Below, piece by piece: positions 13,927 through 27,122 of a stretch of DNA of 64,000 nucleotides (position 1 is the stretch's first letter; every line of letters begins with the position of its first letter). Made by a program: the position numbers and the translations under genes. Origin of the DNA: the human T2T-CHM13v2.0 reference genome, Homo sapiens; NCBI RefSeq assembly GCF_009914755.1, contig NC_060929.1, one strand, 5' to 3'. The notes under the pieces were generated by a model. That model was given only the letters and a program-made list of their open reading frames with translations. It was not told where the DNA came from and did not search any database.

Positions 13927-14512
13927 AAAATGACTATTCTTATTTGAAGCTTTGGAAGCTACTGTTGGTAAAAATATGTGCATACTTTGGTAACTCCAGA
14001 AATTATATATATGAGTGGTTTAGGAGTGGTGAGTTCATGGAAGGGATAAGAAAGGGGACGTGAAGCTGTATATAGTTAGTATGTTTTATTAGATTGGGGG
14101 AAATATCAATTATCCATAGCAGTGAATAAAAATGGCATGGAGGAAAGGATGAGAAAGGCAACAATGGGGCAGGAGCAAGACTTGAATCTCTTTCCTGCCT
14201 TCCTGAGTCCCCATAGTTCATATATACAAACTGTAGCAAGGAGATGGATAGGGAGAGGGAAGAGGGTTGCAGAGAGAGTATGAAAACAAGAGCAGGATCT
14301 GGAAAGAAAAATGAAGAGAGGTCACTCTCTTTTTATCACGTAGTGTGGAGCAGGAAAAGGCTTTAAAGGCCACATTGTCCGATTTCCTCAAAAGCAGCCT
14401 CTTTCATTGATATTCATTCAGCTCCTGATCATTTGCTTCCAAAGACAGGGAACTTAGACAGTTCTCAAAGTAGCTCATTCAATTTTTAAACAACTCTAAT
14501 TGCTAGAGGGTT

Positions 14513-14747
14513 TGAGTGAGTTCTCACAAGATCCAATGGTTTTATAAGGGGCTCTTCCCACTTTGTGCCTCACTCATCTCCCTTTTGCCGCCTTGTGAAG
14601 AAGGTGCTTGCTTCCCTTTCCTCTAGGATTGTAACTTTCATGAGGCCTCCCAGCCATGTGGAGCTGTGAGTCAATTAAACTTCTTTCCTTTATAAATTAC
14701 CCAGTCTCAGGCTGTTCTTTATAGCAGCGTGAGAACAGACTAATACA
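14513..14747 (+). mobile_element. THE1/MST LTR, 3' part
   Basis: GTGAGTTCTCACAAGATC...GAGGCCTCCCAGCCATG...AAATTACCCAGTCTCAGG...CAGACTAATACA. Confidence 0.9.
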
Positions 14748-16163
14748 GTGTTCTTATATTAGTTAAAATATCCCACAGTGCCTAGTTCTGTCTCTCTCCT
14801 GACCTCCAGAAAGATGTCCAAAAGTCTTCAACAGGACTCTCTTAAATATTTAAATAGAGTAAGCATGGATATACTATTATTTTTCTTTTTCTTCTCCAAA
14901 TATGACCAAGCCTGTCACATGTTTCTCAGATATAAAGATTTGAGAAGCCTTTCCCACTCTTGTCACTTTCCTCTGGATATGTCAGGTATTCAATGTCCTT
15001 AAAATTTAGCATGAAATAAATATGGTAAATGTACAATTTGTAATGAATGCTGTTGCATCTAAAGACAGCACTTTCAGGGAATTAGGATCTTTTGAGATTT
15101 ATCAATGTTAATCTTCCTTGGGGAAGTTAAATGATCAGAATTTTGTATATTGGGGTAGGAATTTTGTATATCGAAGTGGCAGCTGTTTTTCTGTACAACA
15201 ACAGTAAAGAAGGGCATGAATCTTTGGTGGGCAGATTATTTTTGCCTTGGAAGGGAAAAGAAAGTTATATTTATTAAGTACCTATTTAAGGTCAGGTACT
15301 AGGCTACATGTATGCTACCCTTCTTAAACTATGTCCAGCAGAGCAATGATGTCTTACACTGTTGATGGTCTTTGAGAAAAAGGTTGGCATGACCAAATAA
15401 ATTGAAAAAAGGAACCAGCAGTAGCCACTAGAACTCTTAACTTAGGAAATGTCTCTGTCCTATATTCTCAGCCCTGCTGGATACCCCTCCCTGTGCTTCC
15501 TCCCACATCCCAACAGGTTGTATTCTCTGCTCAAGGTCCCCACAACCACTTCTCATCTGACACTGGAATTTCCCAGTGATCTCAGTAGGGAAACATTCTG
15601 AAGCCACACACACTTCAGCTCCAATGCCCAGTAGTTTGAAAGAGAGAGAGAAATATTGTTTAAAATTAAAACTAACCACTGGATAATTCTTCCTTCCAAT
15701 TGTTATTCCTAACAATGAGAAAGTAAACCATCTTATTGTTCTTTTGCTCCAGGCTTTGTGGGTTGCGAAGAAAACTACAGTAAATGCATCTTTGAAATCC
15801 AAAAGCAAGCCCATGATAGAGTTGGGGATAAGTACTGGAGAAAGTTCAGTTATAATGGATGAGAGTTGGAGATATTCATAACTGACACTCATTGGCATTA
15901 TTATTTTTGCCACAGAAGGTGGAAACAAGTATTGGAGAAAGAAAAGAAAGGAGGGCTTGAAAAAAAAAGGTGAAGAAATCAGGCATGTAGTTAAAGCCGT
16001 AATTTCCAAATGCGTTTTTTTATTCTGCATGTTAATCAGTAAAATATTTTTGAGCATGTTCTTCAAATATATGTATATTTCTTTTAAAATTCTGTAAATA
16101 TACTTATTGATCTGATATTGGTAAAGCTTAATTTCTTATTTTTTACATTAAAAATAAATATCA

Positions 16164-16484
16164 GGCCAGGCATCGTGGCTCATGCCTGTAATCCCAGTAC
16201 TTTGAAAGACTGAGGCTGGCGGATTGCTTGAGGCCAGGAGTTTGAGACCAGCCTAGGCAACATTGTGAGACCATGTCTCTACAGAAATAAAAAGAATTAG
16301 CTGGCCAGGGTGGTGCACACCTGTGGCCCCAGCTACTTTGGAAGCTGGGAGGATTGTTTGAGCCCAGGAGGGGGAGTCTGCTGTAAACCATGATTGCCAC
16401 TACCCTCCACCCTGGGTAACAAAGCAAGACCCTATCTCAACAACAACAACAAGAAAAATCAAAAGAAAAGAGAAAAGAAAAGAA
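16164..16484 (+). mobile_element. AluJ
   Basis: GGCCAGGCATCGTGGCTCATGCC...GAGCCCAGGAG...; CAA/A-rich tail. Confidence 0.93.
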
Positions 16485-17053
16485 ACATCAGCAAAAGTTC
16501 TAATATTGTGTTCTTGAGCCCAGTGGATTGTAATGCAACCCCTCATGGTGTATTCACTTTACTTTTGTAGGTTCAATGGGCCAAAATGGCCAAAATATTT
16601 ATGATCAAAAATGTCTAATATAAATTGTTTGCATTTCTGGTATAGGAAATCTTCCTGTATTCTCAATATCTTCATTAAATCTCTCATACATACAAATATT
16701 TTGGACGAAGTGTTGGCGTGTGTGTGTTTGTATTTGTGTGCATATATATGTGGAAATTAGGGAGAGAAACTGAGCTGTGTCTCTGCTGACACTGTGTGAT
16801 GTAGAAACAAAACACACATGGAACAATGAGAAATCCATAAAAATGAAAATTCAAGCCAGAGCATGAAGTCAGAACTGACTGGGAAGAACATAATTCAGTC
16901 TCACATGCACCCAGAATTCCTGGAAAAGCCAGGGAGACAGCCAGGCGTTCACTTCACATGGAATGGAATTTGAATGAATTTGATTTGAATCTCAAAGGAC
17001 AGGCATCATAGGTAATATCTGGGCTACACAATCACATTTCAAAATTACACACA

Positions 17054-17587
17054 TGGTGATGGTTAATTTTATGTGTCAACTTGACTGGGCAATGGGGCAC
17101 CAGATATTTGGTCAAACATTTTGAGTGGTTTCTGTGAGAATGTTTTTGTATGAGATTAACATTTAAATCCATGGACTGACTAAAGCAGATTGCCTTCCCT
17201 AATGTGGGTGGGCCTCATCCCATCAGTTGAAAGCCTAAAAATAACAAAAAGCTGACCATCCCCTGATTAAGAGCAAATTCTTCTGCCTAATAGTCTTTGA
17301 ACTGGAGCATCAGCTCTTCCCGCCTGACGTGAGCTCTTCGTGGCTCTACAGCAGCTTCCGGCCTTCAGACTCCAAGTGGGACACTGGCTGGGCAGATTTT
17401 GGACTTGCCCACCTCCATAACTGTGTGAGCCTATTCCTTATTCTAAATCCCTTTTTGTGTGTATATAAATACGTATATACACATATGTGTGTGTTCATGT
17501 ATATACACATATATGTGTATGCCTGTGTATGCATGTGTGTGTGTGTAATATATTGTTTCTGTTTCTCTAGGGAAGCATCATACACAT
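17054..17587 (+). mobile_element. MLT2 (HERV-L) solo LTR
   Basis: TGATGGTTAATTTTATGTGTCAACTTGACTGG start; internal TA/TG tract; TTCTGTTTCTCT end. Confidence 0.9.
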
Positions 17588-18149
17588 ACCCAATTGCAGC
17601 TTTTTTTCTTTCTCTTGACAAATTTCAGAAAAAGATGTTATCAAACACATTGTGCAAAAAATTGACTTTCTTTTCTCAAACTACCACATTTAATGATGCA
17701 TGTGGAAGTTTCCACTTAAACATATTTTTAATGTGTATTATTCCACCTAAATAGAGGCAGAGTAAAGGTCTACATTCATGTTTTTTCTTCAGAATAAAAA
17801 TTATTAGTGCCGCATGTACATTTTATGATAGACTTATCTTTGACAAATTCCTAGCTTGATTTTCTTAAGCCCATATTTTATCAGAGAAGCTTGGTGGCTC
17901 TAGGCAGGGATATGCCACTGTTTGCTCTTATTTATTCATTTAATAACTGGTCTATAGTTTCTCTACCATGGGTAAAGCATATAGACCCCCATGGTTGCTC
18001 TCATTGTACTTTCAGTACAGCTGTAGATTCTCTTTCTAACCTTGAGGAGGACTCTATTAATAATATGAGATTATTAGCAGCTTTTATTGACCCTCTCTTT
18101 GTCATTAATCTTTTGGCAAGAAATAGTCTTGAGCCAAACCATATGAGCT

Positions 18150-18692
18150 CACATGAAATTACTCAGAGAAAAAATAGGCAAATAACTATAAGATCTTAGG
18201 GCTATAGGCAATGGAAGAGCTTCCTTGTAATGACATAAAACTCAAAACACATAAAGGACAAGATTTGTAGATTTGATATGAATAAAATAAATTTATGTAG
18301 AGGAGAAAATACAAACAAAATTGAAAGGCAAATTGCACCCTAGATACACAACTTGCAACATATATTACAGCCATCAAGTAGTTTTCTTTATATAGAAAGA
18401 ACAATTATGAGCAAATAATAAAATAAAGACTATGTTGATAGAAAAAGGAGCAAAGACCATAGTTAATTCAAAATCAGAACTACAAATAATCAATACACAT
18501 GAAAAGTTTTGAATTTTTCTTGTAAAGATATACACATATCAGATTTTTTTGAACTGACAAAAATAAAAGAGAAGTATAAAATCCAGGACATCCTAAATAC
18601 ATGAAAAACAAGAACTCCCATACCCTACTGGTGAGTCTTTAAGTCTGACTAAACTTTCTGGAGGAATCTTCACCCTATACTTCAAAAACCTT

Positions 18693-18724
<32 letters not shown>

Positions 18725-19130
18725 GTATTCATCTTGGTACTGCAATTCCTCTTCTAGAGATTTGTCTTAGGAAAATAATCAGAAAAAGTATACATAGGTA
18801 TTTGTTCAGGAATGTTTACCTACTGGGCACAGTGGCTCACACCTGTAATCCCAGCATTTTGAGAGGCCAAGGTGGAAGGTTCACTTGAGTCCAGGACTTC
18901 AGGACCAACCTGAGCAGCAGAATGATATTCTTTCTCAAAAATAAGCATAATTTTAAAAGGTTTCGACTATCCGTGTTTAAAATTATAACAAGCTGGAAAC
19001 AAATTAAATGCAGAATATAGAAAGTAACTAAATGATTTATGGTAGAGCCATATATTGAAACACAAGGTTGTCATTAAAATGAGGATCTAGTTATTCCATT
19101 GCATGGGAAGTTATTTAGGATATATTGTTG
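18150..19130 (+). mobile_element. L1M fragments with a poly-T run (~18696-18724) and a FLAM insert (~18822-18940)
   Basis: A-rich L1 ORF2/3' motifs (GCAATTCCTCTTCTAGAG); monomeric Alu CTGGGCACAGTGGCTCACACCTGTAATCCCAGC. Confidence 0.7.
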
Positions 19131-19134
19131 AGTA

Positions 19135-19390
19135 CAAATGACACTTGAACAACACAGGTTTAAATTGTATAGCTCCACTTATGCACCTATTTTTGTTCAA
19201 CGAAATGAGGATTGAAAATACAGTATACAATATTCATGGGATGCAAAACCACATATACAGAGGGCCAACTTTTCATATATGTGGGTTCAGCAGGGCCAAC
19301 TGTGGGACTTAAATATGCACATATTTTGGAATATGTGCAGGGTGGGAGAGGGTCCTGCAACCAATCCCCGAGTATACTGAAAGAGGACTG
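19135..19390 (-). mobile_element. MER8 (TcMar-Tigger MITE)
   Basis: Starts CAAATGACACTTGAACAACACAGG, ends CCAATCCCC...GAGGACTG; TA dinucleotides flank both ends. Confidence 0.85.
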
Positions 19391-19419
19391 TAATAGAAGA
19401 TTAAACTGTTTATAGCAAT

Positions 19420-19790
19420 TGTTTATTGCTTTTGTAATTGACAAATGAACATTATATATTTTTGGAGTGGAACATGATGTTTTGATATATGTATGCACTG
19501 TGGAATCATTAAATCAAACTAATTAATGTATCTATTATCTCACATTCTTACCACTTTTTTGTGGTGAGAAAATGTAAAATCTGCTCAGCAATTTTGAAGT
19601 ATACAATGCATTGTTATTAACAATAATCACCACATTGTACAAGAGATTCCTTGAACTTATTCCTCCTAATTGGAATTTTATATCCTTTGACCAACATCTC
19701 CCCAGTCCTCACCACCATCTTCCCCCAGTAACCATCAATCAACTCTCCGCTTCTATAAGTCTGATTTTTTTTTAGATTTTGACAACATTT
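19420..19790 (-). mobile_element. L1MA 3' end
   Basis: TTTTTGTGGTGAGAA...CAGCAATTTTGAAGTATACAATGCATTGTTATTAAC...TCCTTTGACCAACATCTCCC. Confidence 0.85.
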
Positions 19791-19821
19791 GTGAGAAACA
19801 TGACCTCATTTTGACACAAAC

Positions 19822-20112
19822 TTTTTTTGTTTGTTTTTTGAGACAGGGTCTCACTCTGTCACCCAGGCTGGAGTGCAGTGGTGACATGTCAGCTCACTGT
19901 GGCCTCAACCTCCTAGGCCCAACGATCTTCCCTTCTCAGCCTCCCGAGTAGCTGGGACTATAGGTGTGTGCCACCATGCCCACCTGGCTAATTTTTGTAG
20001 AGACAGGGTTTCTCTGTGTTGCCCAGGCTAGTCTCAAACTCCTGGGCTCAAGCAATCTTCCTGCCTCCGCCTCCCAAAGTGTTGGGATTACAGGCATGAG
20101 CCATGGCACCCT
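19822..20112 (-). mobile_element. AluJ
   Basis: GAGACAGGGTCTCACTCTGTCACCCAGG...CTCCTGGGCTCAAGCAATC. Confidence 0.93.
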
Positions 20113-20234
20113 GTGACTTAAATTAAATGTGCTGTTTATTCATTCTTTTAGATATACTACCATTATCTTTGTATTAATCATTTAAAAAACTGTCTAATTG
20201 GGCTATGTTTCGAACTGCCTCTTTTATTGAGTTT

Positions 20235-20390
20235 GCCAGGTCTGGGACTCTGTTATCTGACTTTTAAAATGAGGATAAAATAGTTCCCACTTCAAAGGAT
20301 TGTTATAGGCATTAAATGAGAAAAGTCCCTAGAATTACCTGGAACAAAGGAAACACTATATAGTTATAAACTATCATCAGTGTTGTTATT
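20235..20390 (+). mobile_element. MIR
   Basis: TAAAATGAGGATAA...CACTTCAAAGGATTGTT...ATTAAATGAG. Confidence 0.6.
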
Positions 20391-21522
20391 ATCACATAAA
20401 TAATTTGCTTTAGACCTAGGTGTGAAGAAACTATCTGTTTCTCTGGAAGAACAAATATATTAGAATATGTATATTTTGACAGGCTGACAATAAGAAATTC
20501 ACATATAATTGATAGCTTAGAGCCAATTTTATAGCCGAGGTTTTATAATGATATAAGCTCTTGTAGTCTGCATGAATGCATATTAACCTACCACACTGTC
20601 AGTCTCATTCTACTAGTCAACTTTTTTTATTTTCAAATTTGTGTTGTCTTATTTAGACTCTGATACACTGCCTTAAATAGCCTGTATAGAATGACACAGG
20701 ACATAGTTAAGAACAAATTAACCCAACTTAATAAAATGATTGGAAGAGGTTTAATATATGTTTTGTTATCAACATATTAAAAGAAAATAATTGTAAAGAT
20801 TGTGTAGCTTAAACTTGGATGCACAATAAAAAATATATGGTTTGATTTCTTACAAAAGGACATGGTTTTAACAAGCCAAATAACAACTAGGATTTTCCTT
20901 TTACAGGACCCATGTGCAAAAAGAGTGAAGCAGTTTTCTCAAGACGCTTTGCTTTTATAAATAGTATCTATCATACTTTCAAAAAGAAAAATGGCTAGAT
21001 GCGACAGAATGTGTAGAAAAAAATGATTTTGGCAATCTTTGAGCATCCAAAAATAACAGAAAGAAGAGAGAAGAAAAGACAGAGAGATGAGAAAATAGAA
21101 AGAAATTGGTTGAATTAAATGAACAAACAAAATTTATTTCTGCTGGTGATTCAACCATGACTTAGCTTTATGTGTGTCATTTAAAATGTGGCTGGCACTT
21201 GGTTAAATTGGCACATATTAAAGCCACATCAGGATGGGAAAATTTTTTTCTGATGACGTTTCTTTTTATTTGGTGGAACTTTGTTATTTCTAGTTTTTCT
21301 GGCTTTTGGAAGTTGAACATCACTATGCAAAGGATACAGATGGGCCTTTGGAAGGAATAGGGGACATGTCGTACTAATTAAAAATTATAACCAGGCATGA
21401 CAAATGACAGAACTCTCCACAAGTCACCCAGTAAACTAGGTGCTGTAAATTCAAATGAAACATGGGCATTTCCCAACCGTATTGCCTTTTTTACATTTTG
21501 ACAATTGTTAGGTTTTAGGAAC

Positions 21523-22031
21523 TGTGTAAGTCAGGCTTCTCAAGAGAAACAGAACCAATAGGATATATATAGATATATAAGAGGAGATTTATTATGCAAA
21601 TTGGCTTATGTGATTACGGAGGCTGAGAAGTCCCACAACACGCCATCTGCAAGCTGGAGAACGAGGAAAGCTAGCAGTGTAATTTAGTATGAGTCTGAAG
21701 GGGGAGGGGAGGAGTGATAAGGTGTGAGTCCTGGAGTCCAAAGGCCTGGGATCCAGGAGCTCCAATAACCGAAGGCAGGAGAAGATAATTGTCTCAGTTC
21801 AAGAAGAGAGAGAATTCACCCTTCCTCTGCCTTTTTCTTCTATTCAGGCTCTCAACAGATTGGATCATGTACACCCACATTGGTGAGGGTGGGCCTTCTT
21901 TACTCAGTCTACTGATTCAAATGGTAATCTATTCTGGAACACAGTCACAAACACACTCAGAGATAATGCTTTACCAGCTAACTGGGCAGACTTTAGCCCA
22001 GTTAAGTTGACATATAAAATTAACCATCACA
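21523..22031 (-). mobile_element. MLT2 (HERV-L) solo LTR
   Basis: TG...GAGAAACAGAACCAATAGG...AAGTTGACATATAAAATTAACCATCACA; 5-bp TSD GGAAC / GGAGC. Confidence 0.92.
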
Positions 22032-22118
22032 GGAGCCCTCCTCACTCCCTAGCATAATGCTTTACGCTCAATGAATGCTAAGTAAAGTTGATGGCACATA
22101 TCTACTGTAAAAAATTTC

Positions 22119-22400
22119 TGGCTGGGCACAGTGGCTCATGTCTGTAATTCCAGCACTTTGGGAGGCCAAGGCAGGAAGATACCTTGAAGCCAGGGGTTCA
22201 GGACCAGCGTGAGTAACAAAGCAAGCCCCTGTCTTTATAAAAAAAAATTATAGCCAGGTGTGGTGGCATATGCCTGTAGTCCCCCAGCTACTCGAGAGGC
22301 TGAGGTGGGAGTACCACTGGAGCCAAGAGGAGAAGGCTGCAGTGAGCTATGCCCATGCTTAGTCTGGGCAACACAGCAAGACCCTATGAGAAGAAATAAA
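22119..22400 (+). mobile_element. AluJ
   Basis: Diverged Alu dimer starting GGCTGGGCACAGTGGCTCATG. Confidence 0.9.
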
Positions 22401-22449
22401 GTTAATGCAGTGTTTTCATTCAGAATTCAATATAAAAGTTCAATTGAAT

Positions 22450-23362
22450 TTAAAACAATGAGATACAACTAAACATCTGTTACAATGCCAAAATCTAAAA
22501 CACTGACAACATCAAATGCTGGCAAGGATGTCAAACAACAAGAACTCTCATTCATTGCTGTTCAGAATGCAAATGCTGCAGTCATTTGGGAAGACAGTTT
22601 GACAGTTTCTTACAAAACTAAACATACTTTTGCTATACAGTCCAGCAAATGGGCTTCTTGGTATTTACCCAAAGGAGTTAAAAACTTGTGTCTCCATAAG
22701 AACCTGCACAAGGATGTTCATATTAACAGCACTTTACTCATAATTGCCAAAACTTGGAAACAACCAAGACCTCCATCAGTATGTACGCAGGTAAATAAAC
22801 TATGGTATATCCAGACAATGGAATATTATCCCGTGTTAATAAGAAATTAGTTCTTCAACCATGAAAAGACGCGAAGGAAACTTGCATGCATATTAATAAG
22901 TGAAAGAAGCCAATCTGAAGTGAGTACATACAATATGATTTCAACTACATGACATTCTGGAGAAGGCAAAACTATGGAAACAATAAAAAAAATCAGTGGT
23001 TGCCAGGGGTTTGGTAAGAGGTGAGAGGGATGAATAGGTGAGTACAGAGGATGTTTAGGACTGTGAAAATACTCTGTATTAAGCTATCATGATGGATATA
23101 TGCCATTACACATTTGTCTATATCCGTAGAATGTGCAGCACCAGGAGTGAACCCTAATGTAAACGATGGCCTTTTGGTGACAATGATGTGTCAGTGTAGG
23201 TTCATCAATTGTAACAAATGTATCACTGGGCTGGTTGTTTTGGGTCACAGAGGCCGTTTTGCATATATGGGGGTCAGGGGATATGTGAAAAATCCCTGTA
23301 ACTGCCTCTTCATTTTGCTGTGAATTTAAAGCTGCTCTAAAAAAAAAAAAAAAAGAAAAAAA
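22450..23362 (+). mobile_element. L1MC 3' end with A tail
   Basis: ORF 22485-22850 resembles the L1 ORF2p C-terminus (IIAKTWKQP...LWYIQTMEYY), followed by L1MC 3' UTR and poly-A. Confidence 0.9.
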
Positions 23363-24304
23363 GCCGGAAAAATGTGATGTGAATAAATTGTTTTGGTCTT
23401 AAAACAGTTAACCAGTTTAAGTATCTTTGATTCAAGTAGCATTATAATGACTTATACGAAGGGACATTGATATTCTTCCATATTGTGTTTCTATTTTGCT
23501 TTCTTTTAGTCTTTCTGCTTCATACAAATAAATGGGGAAGCAAAGATGGATCATTATCAGATGCAAACACAAGAATAAATAAAATGAAAATGTCAGCGGC
23601 TAGGGAGTGGACTGGCTGCCTCAGGTGTATATTCTGCTCCAGACTGTGATTCCTGTAGGAAACTTCAAGATGATTTTGCTGACTCTGCTTTACAAGGAAG
23701 GACTGCAAAGCAGAATGTAGTGGAAACTTGGCCATCATTTGGCAAACTCAAGCTAGGTAGACAATCAATCTGAATTATTCTGAACCACTTCCCTTAACAT
23801 CAAAAGTTTTCCACAGTTGCTTGAAATATTCTTTGAATTTTGGTCTCACATCACCCTAATAGTCTAGGACTTCTTTTAAAGAAAGATACTTAATTTGTCT
23901 AAACTATATGAGAGATAAATTCCTTTTACTATTCTTATTAATATTCAAATCAAATAATTTATATCTTTAATTCTGAAATCCAGTCATTTTGCATTTTTGT
24001 TTAAGAACCTATTCATGTATAATTACTTTGAAGTAAATTGTTTTGGTAAAAGTTAGCTAATCTTTCTAGGGTTAAATAGGTCAAAAGTAATCAAATAGGT
24101 CAAAAGTATATAAAAGACAGATATAGCCTACATTTTAAAATCAATGGAAAGCAGAATAGAAAGCAGAAATATGCATTTATTAATACTCAAGCATAGCTGA
24201 GCAACCATTTTATGAGGTATGTGCTTTCATTATTCCCATTGTGCAGATAGAAGCACTGAGGCAAAGCCAGGTCTTTGAACAGCAAAGCCTGAATTCTTAA
24301 CCAC

Positions 24305-24804
24305 TGTATTAGTCTCATATTGCTGCTGTAACAAATTAACACAAACTTAAAACCATACAAATTTGTATCTTACAATTCTAGAGGTCAGAAGTCTGAAATG
24401 GTTTTTATTGGGCTAAAACCAAGCTGTCAGCAGCCTGCATGCCTTCTGGAGGCTCTATGGAAGAGCCTTTTTTAGCTTCTAGAAGTCAACTGCATTACTT
24501 GGCTGGTGACTCCTTCCTCCCGAGCAGTACAGTAGCTTCAAATTTCTCAGTCTCTCTTTCCTTTTGTCTCTTGCCTCTCGCCTCTAGCTCCTGTCCTCAC
24601 ACCTCCTGCTCTGACTCTTTTGCCTCCTTCTTTCATCTTTTAAGGACCCTCGTGATCATATTGGGCCCAGCCATGATAATCTGTCTCAAAATTCTTAGCT
24701 TTACCAGATGTACAAAGTCCCTTTGCCATGTAAGATAACATACTCACAGGTTCTGGTGATTAGAATGTGAATATCTTTAGGGGATCATTATTCTACCTAT
24801 CACA
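24305..24804 (-). mobile_element. MaLR solo LTR (MLT1C/D-like) inside a MIR
   Basis: TGTATTAG...GCTGCTGTAACAAATTA...CATTATTCTACCTATCACA; perfect 5-bp TSD ACCAC (24300-24304 / 24805-24809). Confidence 0.9.
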
Positions 24805-25400
24805 ACCACTATATTAATTGGCATCCCAAAGTCTCTAAGCCGAGAAGGCAGAATTAAGGCAAGTCTAAGGTCATCTGCTTACTCGTGTAATTCTTATTTG
24901 CATCATATTATGAGACAGAGATTACAAGGTTAGTCACAGCAAAAGAAAAATATCTTGAAAAAATGCCTGCTTGAAGCCTACAACAGTATCATAGTCTAGC
25001 TCAGTGAATATTTGGCAATGAATAAGTGCTAATAGATAACTCATTTGACTTAGTCAATCAAACACTGATAATATAATGACCACTATAATTGCCTAATATT
25101 TTGGTCAGACCTATAGGTAATACAAAAGGGTCTGCAGCATTTTCACTGTTCTCAAGAAGCTTAAAATCACATTGCAGAGACAATGTTACCTTGCATGAAA
25201 CCATTAAACAAATGAACAAATGCAAACTGGTAAATAAGAACCAAACTGTATTTAAGGGCTTGCTGTCCCTGATGTAAAATTTGATAATAAAAGGAAAATC
25301 TGAAGAACCAATGGGGCCCATACTGCTAAGAGGAATAGTGGAGTCTTGGGAATGACAAGGTTCACTAAAGAGACAAGAAAACGCAAGCGCAGTGTCTACT

Positions 25401-25401
<1 letters not shown>

Positions 25402-25453
<52 letters not shown>
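25402..25453. repeat. (AGAT)13 tetranucleotide STR
   Basis: 13 uninterrupted units. Confidence 0.97.
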
Positions 25454-25454
<1 letters not shown>

Positions 25455-26698
25455 TTTCAAAAAACATCACTGGTAGCAAATACACATAGACTGTGGGACA
25501 GATTAGAGATGAAAACTGAGATTCATCAATTTATCCATTCAATAAATATTTGTTTATTTAGTACCCATTAAGTTCCAGGCACTATGCAAGTGTCAGAGAA
25601 AAAAATTTAAAAGCTTACAGCTTGTCCTTATAGTGTGGCATTTTATTTTCTTGCATTTGCATTTTTTGCTTACACTCCAAAATTATGATGGAGGAATACT
25701 AGTCCAATTGTTATCCTCTAAGGAGTATTAGTACATTTAGGTTTATGGCTATATATATTAGAATCTAGAGAAGAAGAAAAATTTGGAGCAAGAGCACAGA
25801 CCTTACAAGTATCATGTTCTGCATGATTTGTCTTCCCTTGATTTTATGGAGTTCATCACTTAAATATATACTTTCTTTTACTAAATATAAAGCTGATAAT
25901 ATTGCTGGATCTCTTAGAGTGTCTGCAGCTAAACTGGGAAGGCCAGCAGGGCAGAGGTGCTAGGCTGCAGAGTCTCAGATGTCAAATGAGTACAAAATTG
26001 TGCCAGTTTCATCTTCAAATGAAATGAGCCCGCTAAACAAGATAATTGAAATGAGAGAGCTGGTAGCGGCCTCAATGAGTCAGAATAGCCTTCCAACCAT
26101 TAAGGCCCTGATGAGGATGGGATTTTCAGTCTCCTTAGAAAAATCGGTTTTCTCAGAAAAGGGGAAGTAATAGCATGAGGTAGATTTTAGGCAATTCAAT
26201 AGAACACATTTATGGAAGAAGGAAAGTAGAGTTTAGGTAAGGGGAGAACAAAGAAATGTATAAAAGTGCAGTAAGTGAAAACTGATAAGAAAACCCACCA
26301 AATCTGTAAGAAACAGAGAAATTATTCATTTTGTAGCTCTCAGACATAGTTATTATTGGGGACTTTACACTAAGCACAGATTACTGGGAATGAATTAGAT
26401 AGTTATTCAGTTTTTTCCCTAAATTTAATGACTTAACTTGGATATTTTGACCTGTTATAATAATAGTTGTTATTTGAACAACTTACTATCTTATTTTTAG
26501 CAAAGCTGAATTTTGAAAGGCAGGTCAAATTTAATTTTAACAAATAAGATTAAAGTAAATTTCCATTCATATAAGATCATAGAGAAATGAAAAATAAAAT
26601 CATTTAAGTCTCATTCTAAAAATTAAGTACAAAAATCTTTGGAAATTGACTTTTTCTAATTTCATAACTTTGTCTATAATTTCCTGGAAAATTTGGGC

Positions 26699-27076
26699 TT
26701 TTTTAATTAGTTTTTATTTTTTTATTTCAATAGGTGTTTGGGGAACAGGTGGTATTTGGTTACATAAGTTCTTTAGTGGTGATCTCTGAGATTTTGGTGC
26801 ACCCATCACCCGAGCAGTGTACACTGTATCCAGTGCGTAGTCTTTTATTCCTTGCCACCCCCAACTCTTTCCCCCGAGTCCCCAAAGTCCAATATTTCAT
26901 TCTTATGCCTTTGCATCCTCAGTCCTCATAGTTTAGGGCCCATATATGAATGAGAACATACAATGTTTGATTTTCCATTCCTGAGTTACTTCATTTGGAA
27001 TAATAGTCTTCAATTCCATCCAGGTTGCTGCAAATGACATTATTTTGTTCCTTTTTATGGCTGAGTAGTATTCCAT

Positions 27077-27122
<46 letters not shown>

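Noticed and set aside
15517-15780. Two strong + strand acceptors (15516, 15752)
   Set aside because: No convincing partner donor; isolated acceptors are common.
15437-16066. Longest ORF (209 aa, minus strand)
   Set aside because: Non-ATG start, F/L/I-rich composition typical of AT-rich non-coding DNA, no recognisable domain.
22485-22850. 121-aa ORF
   Set aside because: Decayed L1 ORF2p C-terminus, not a host gene.
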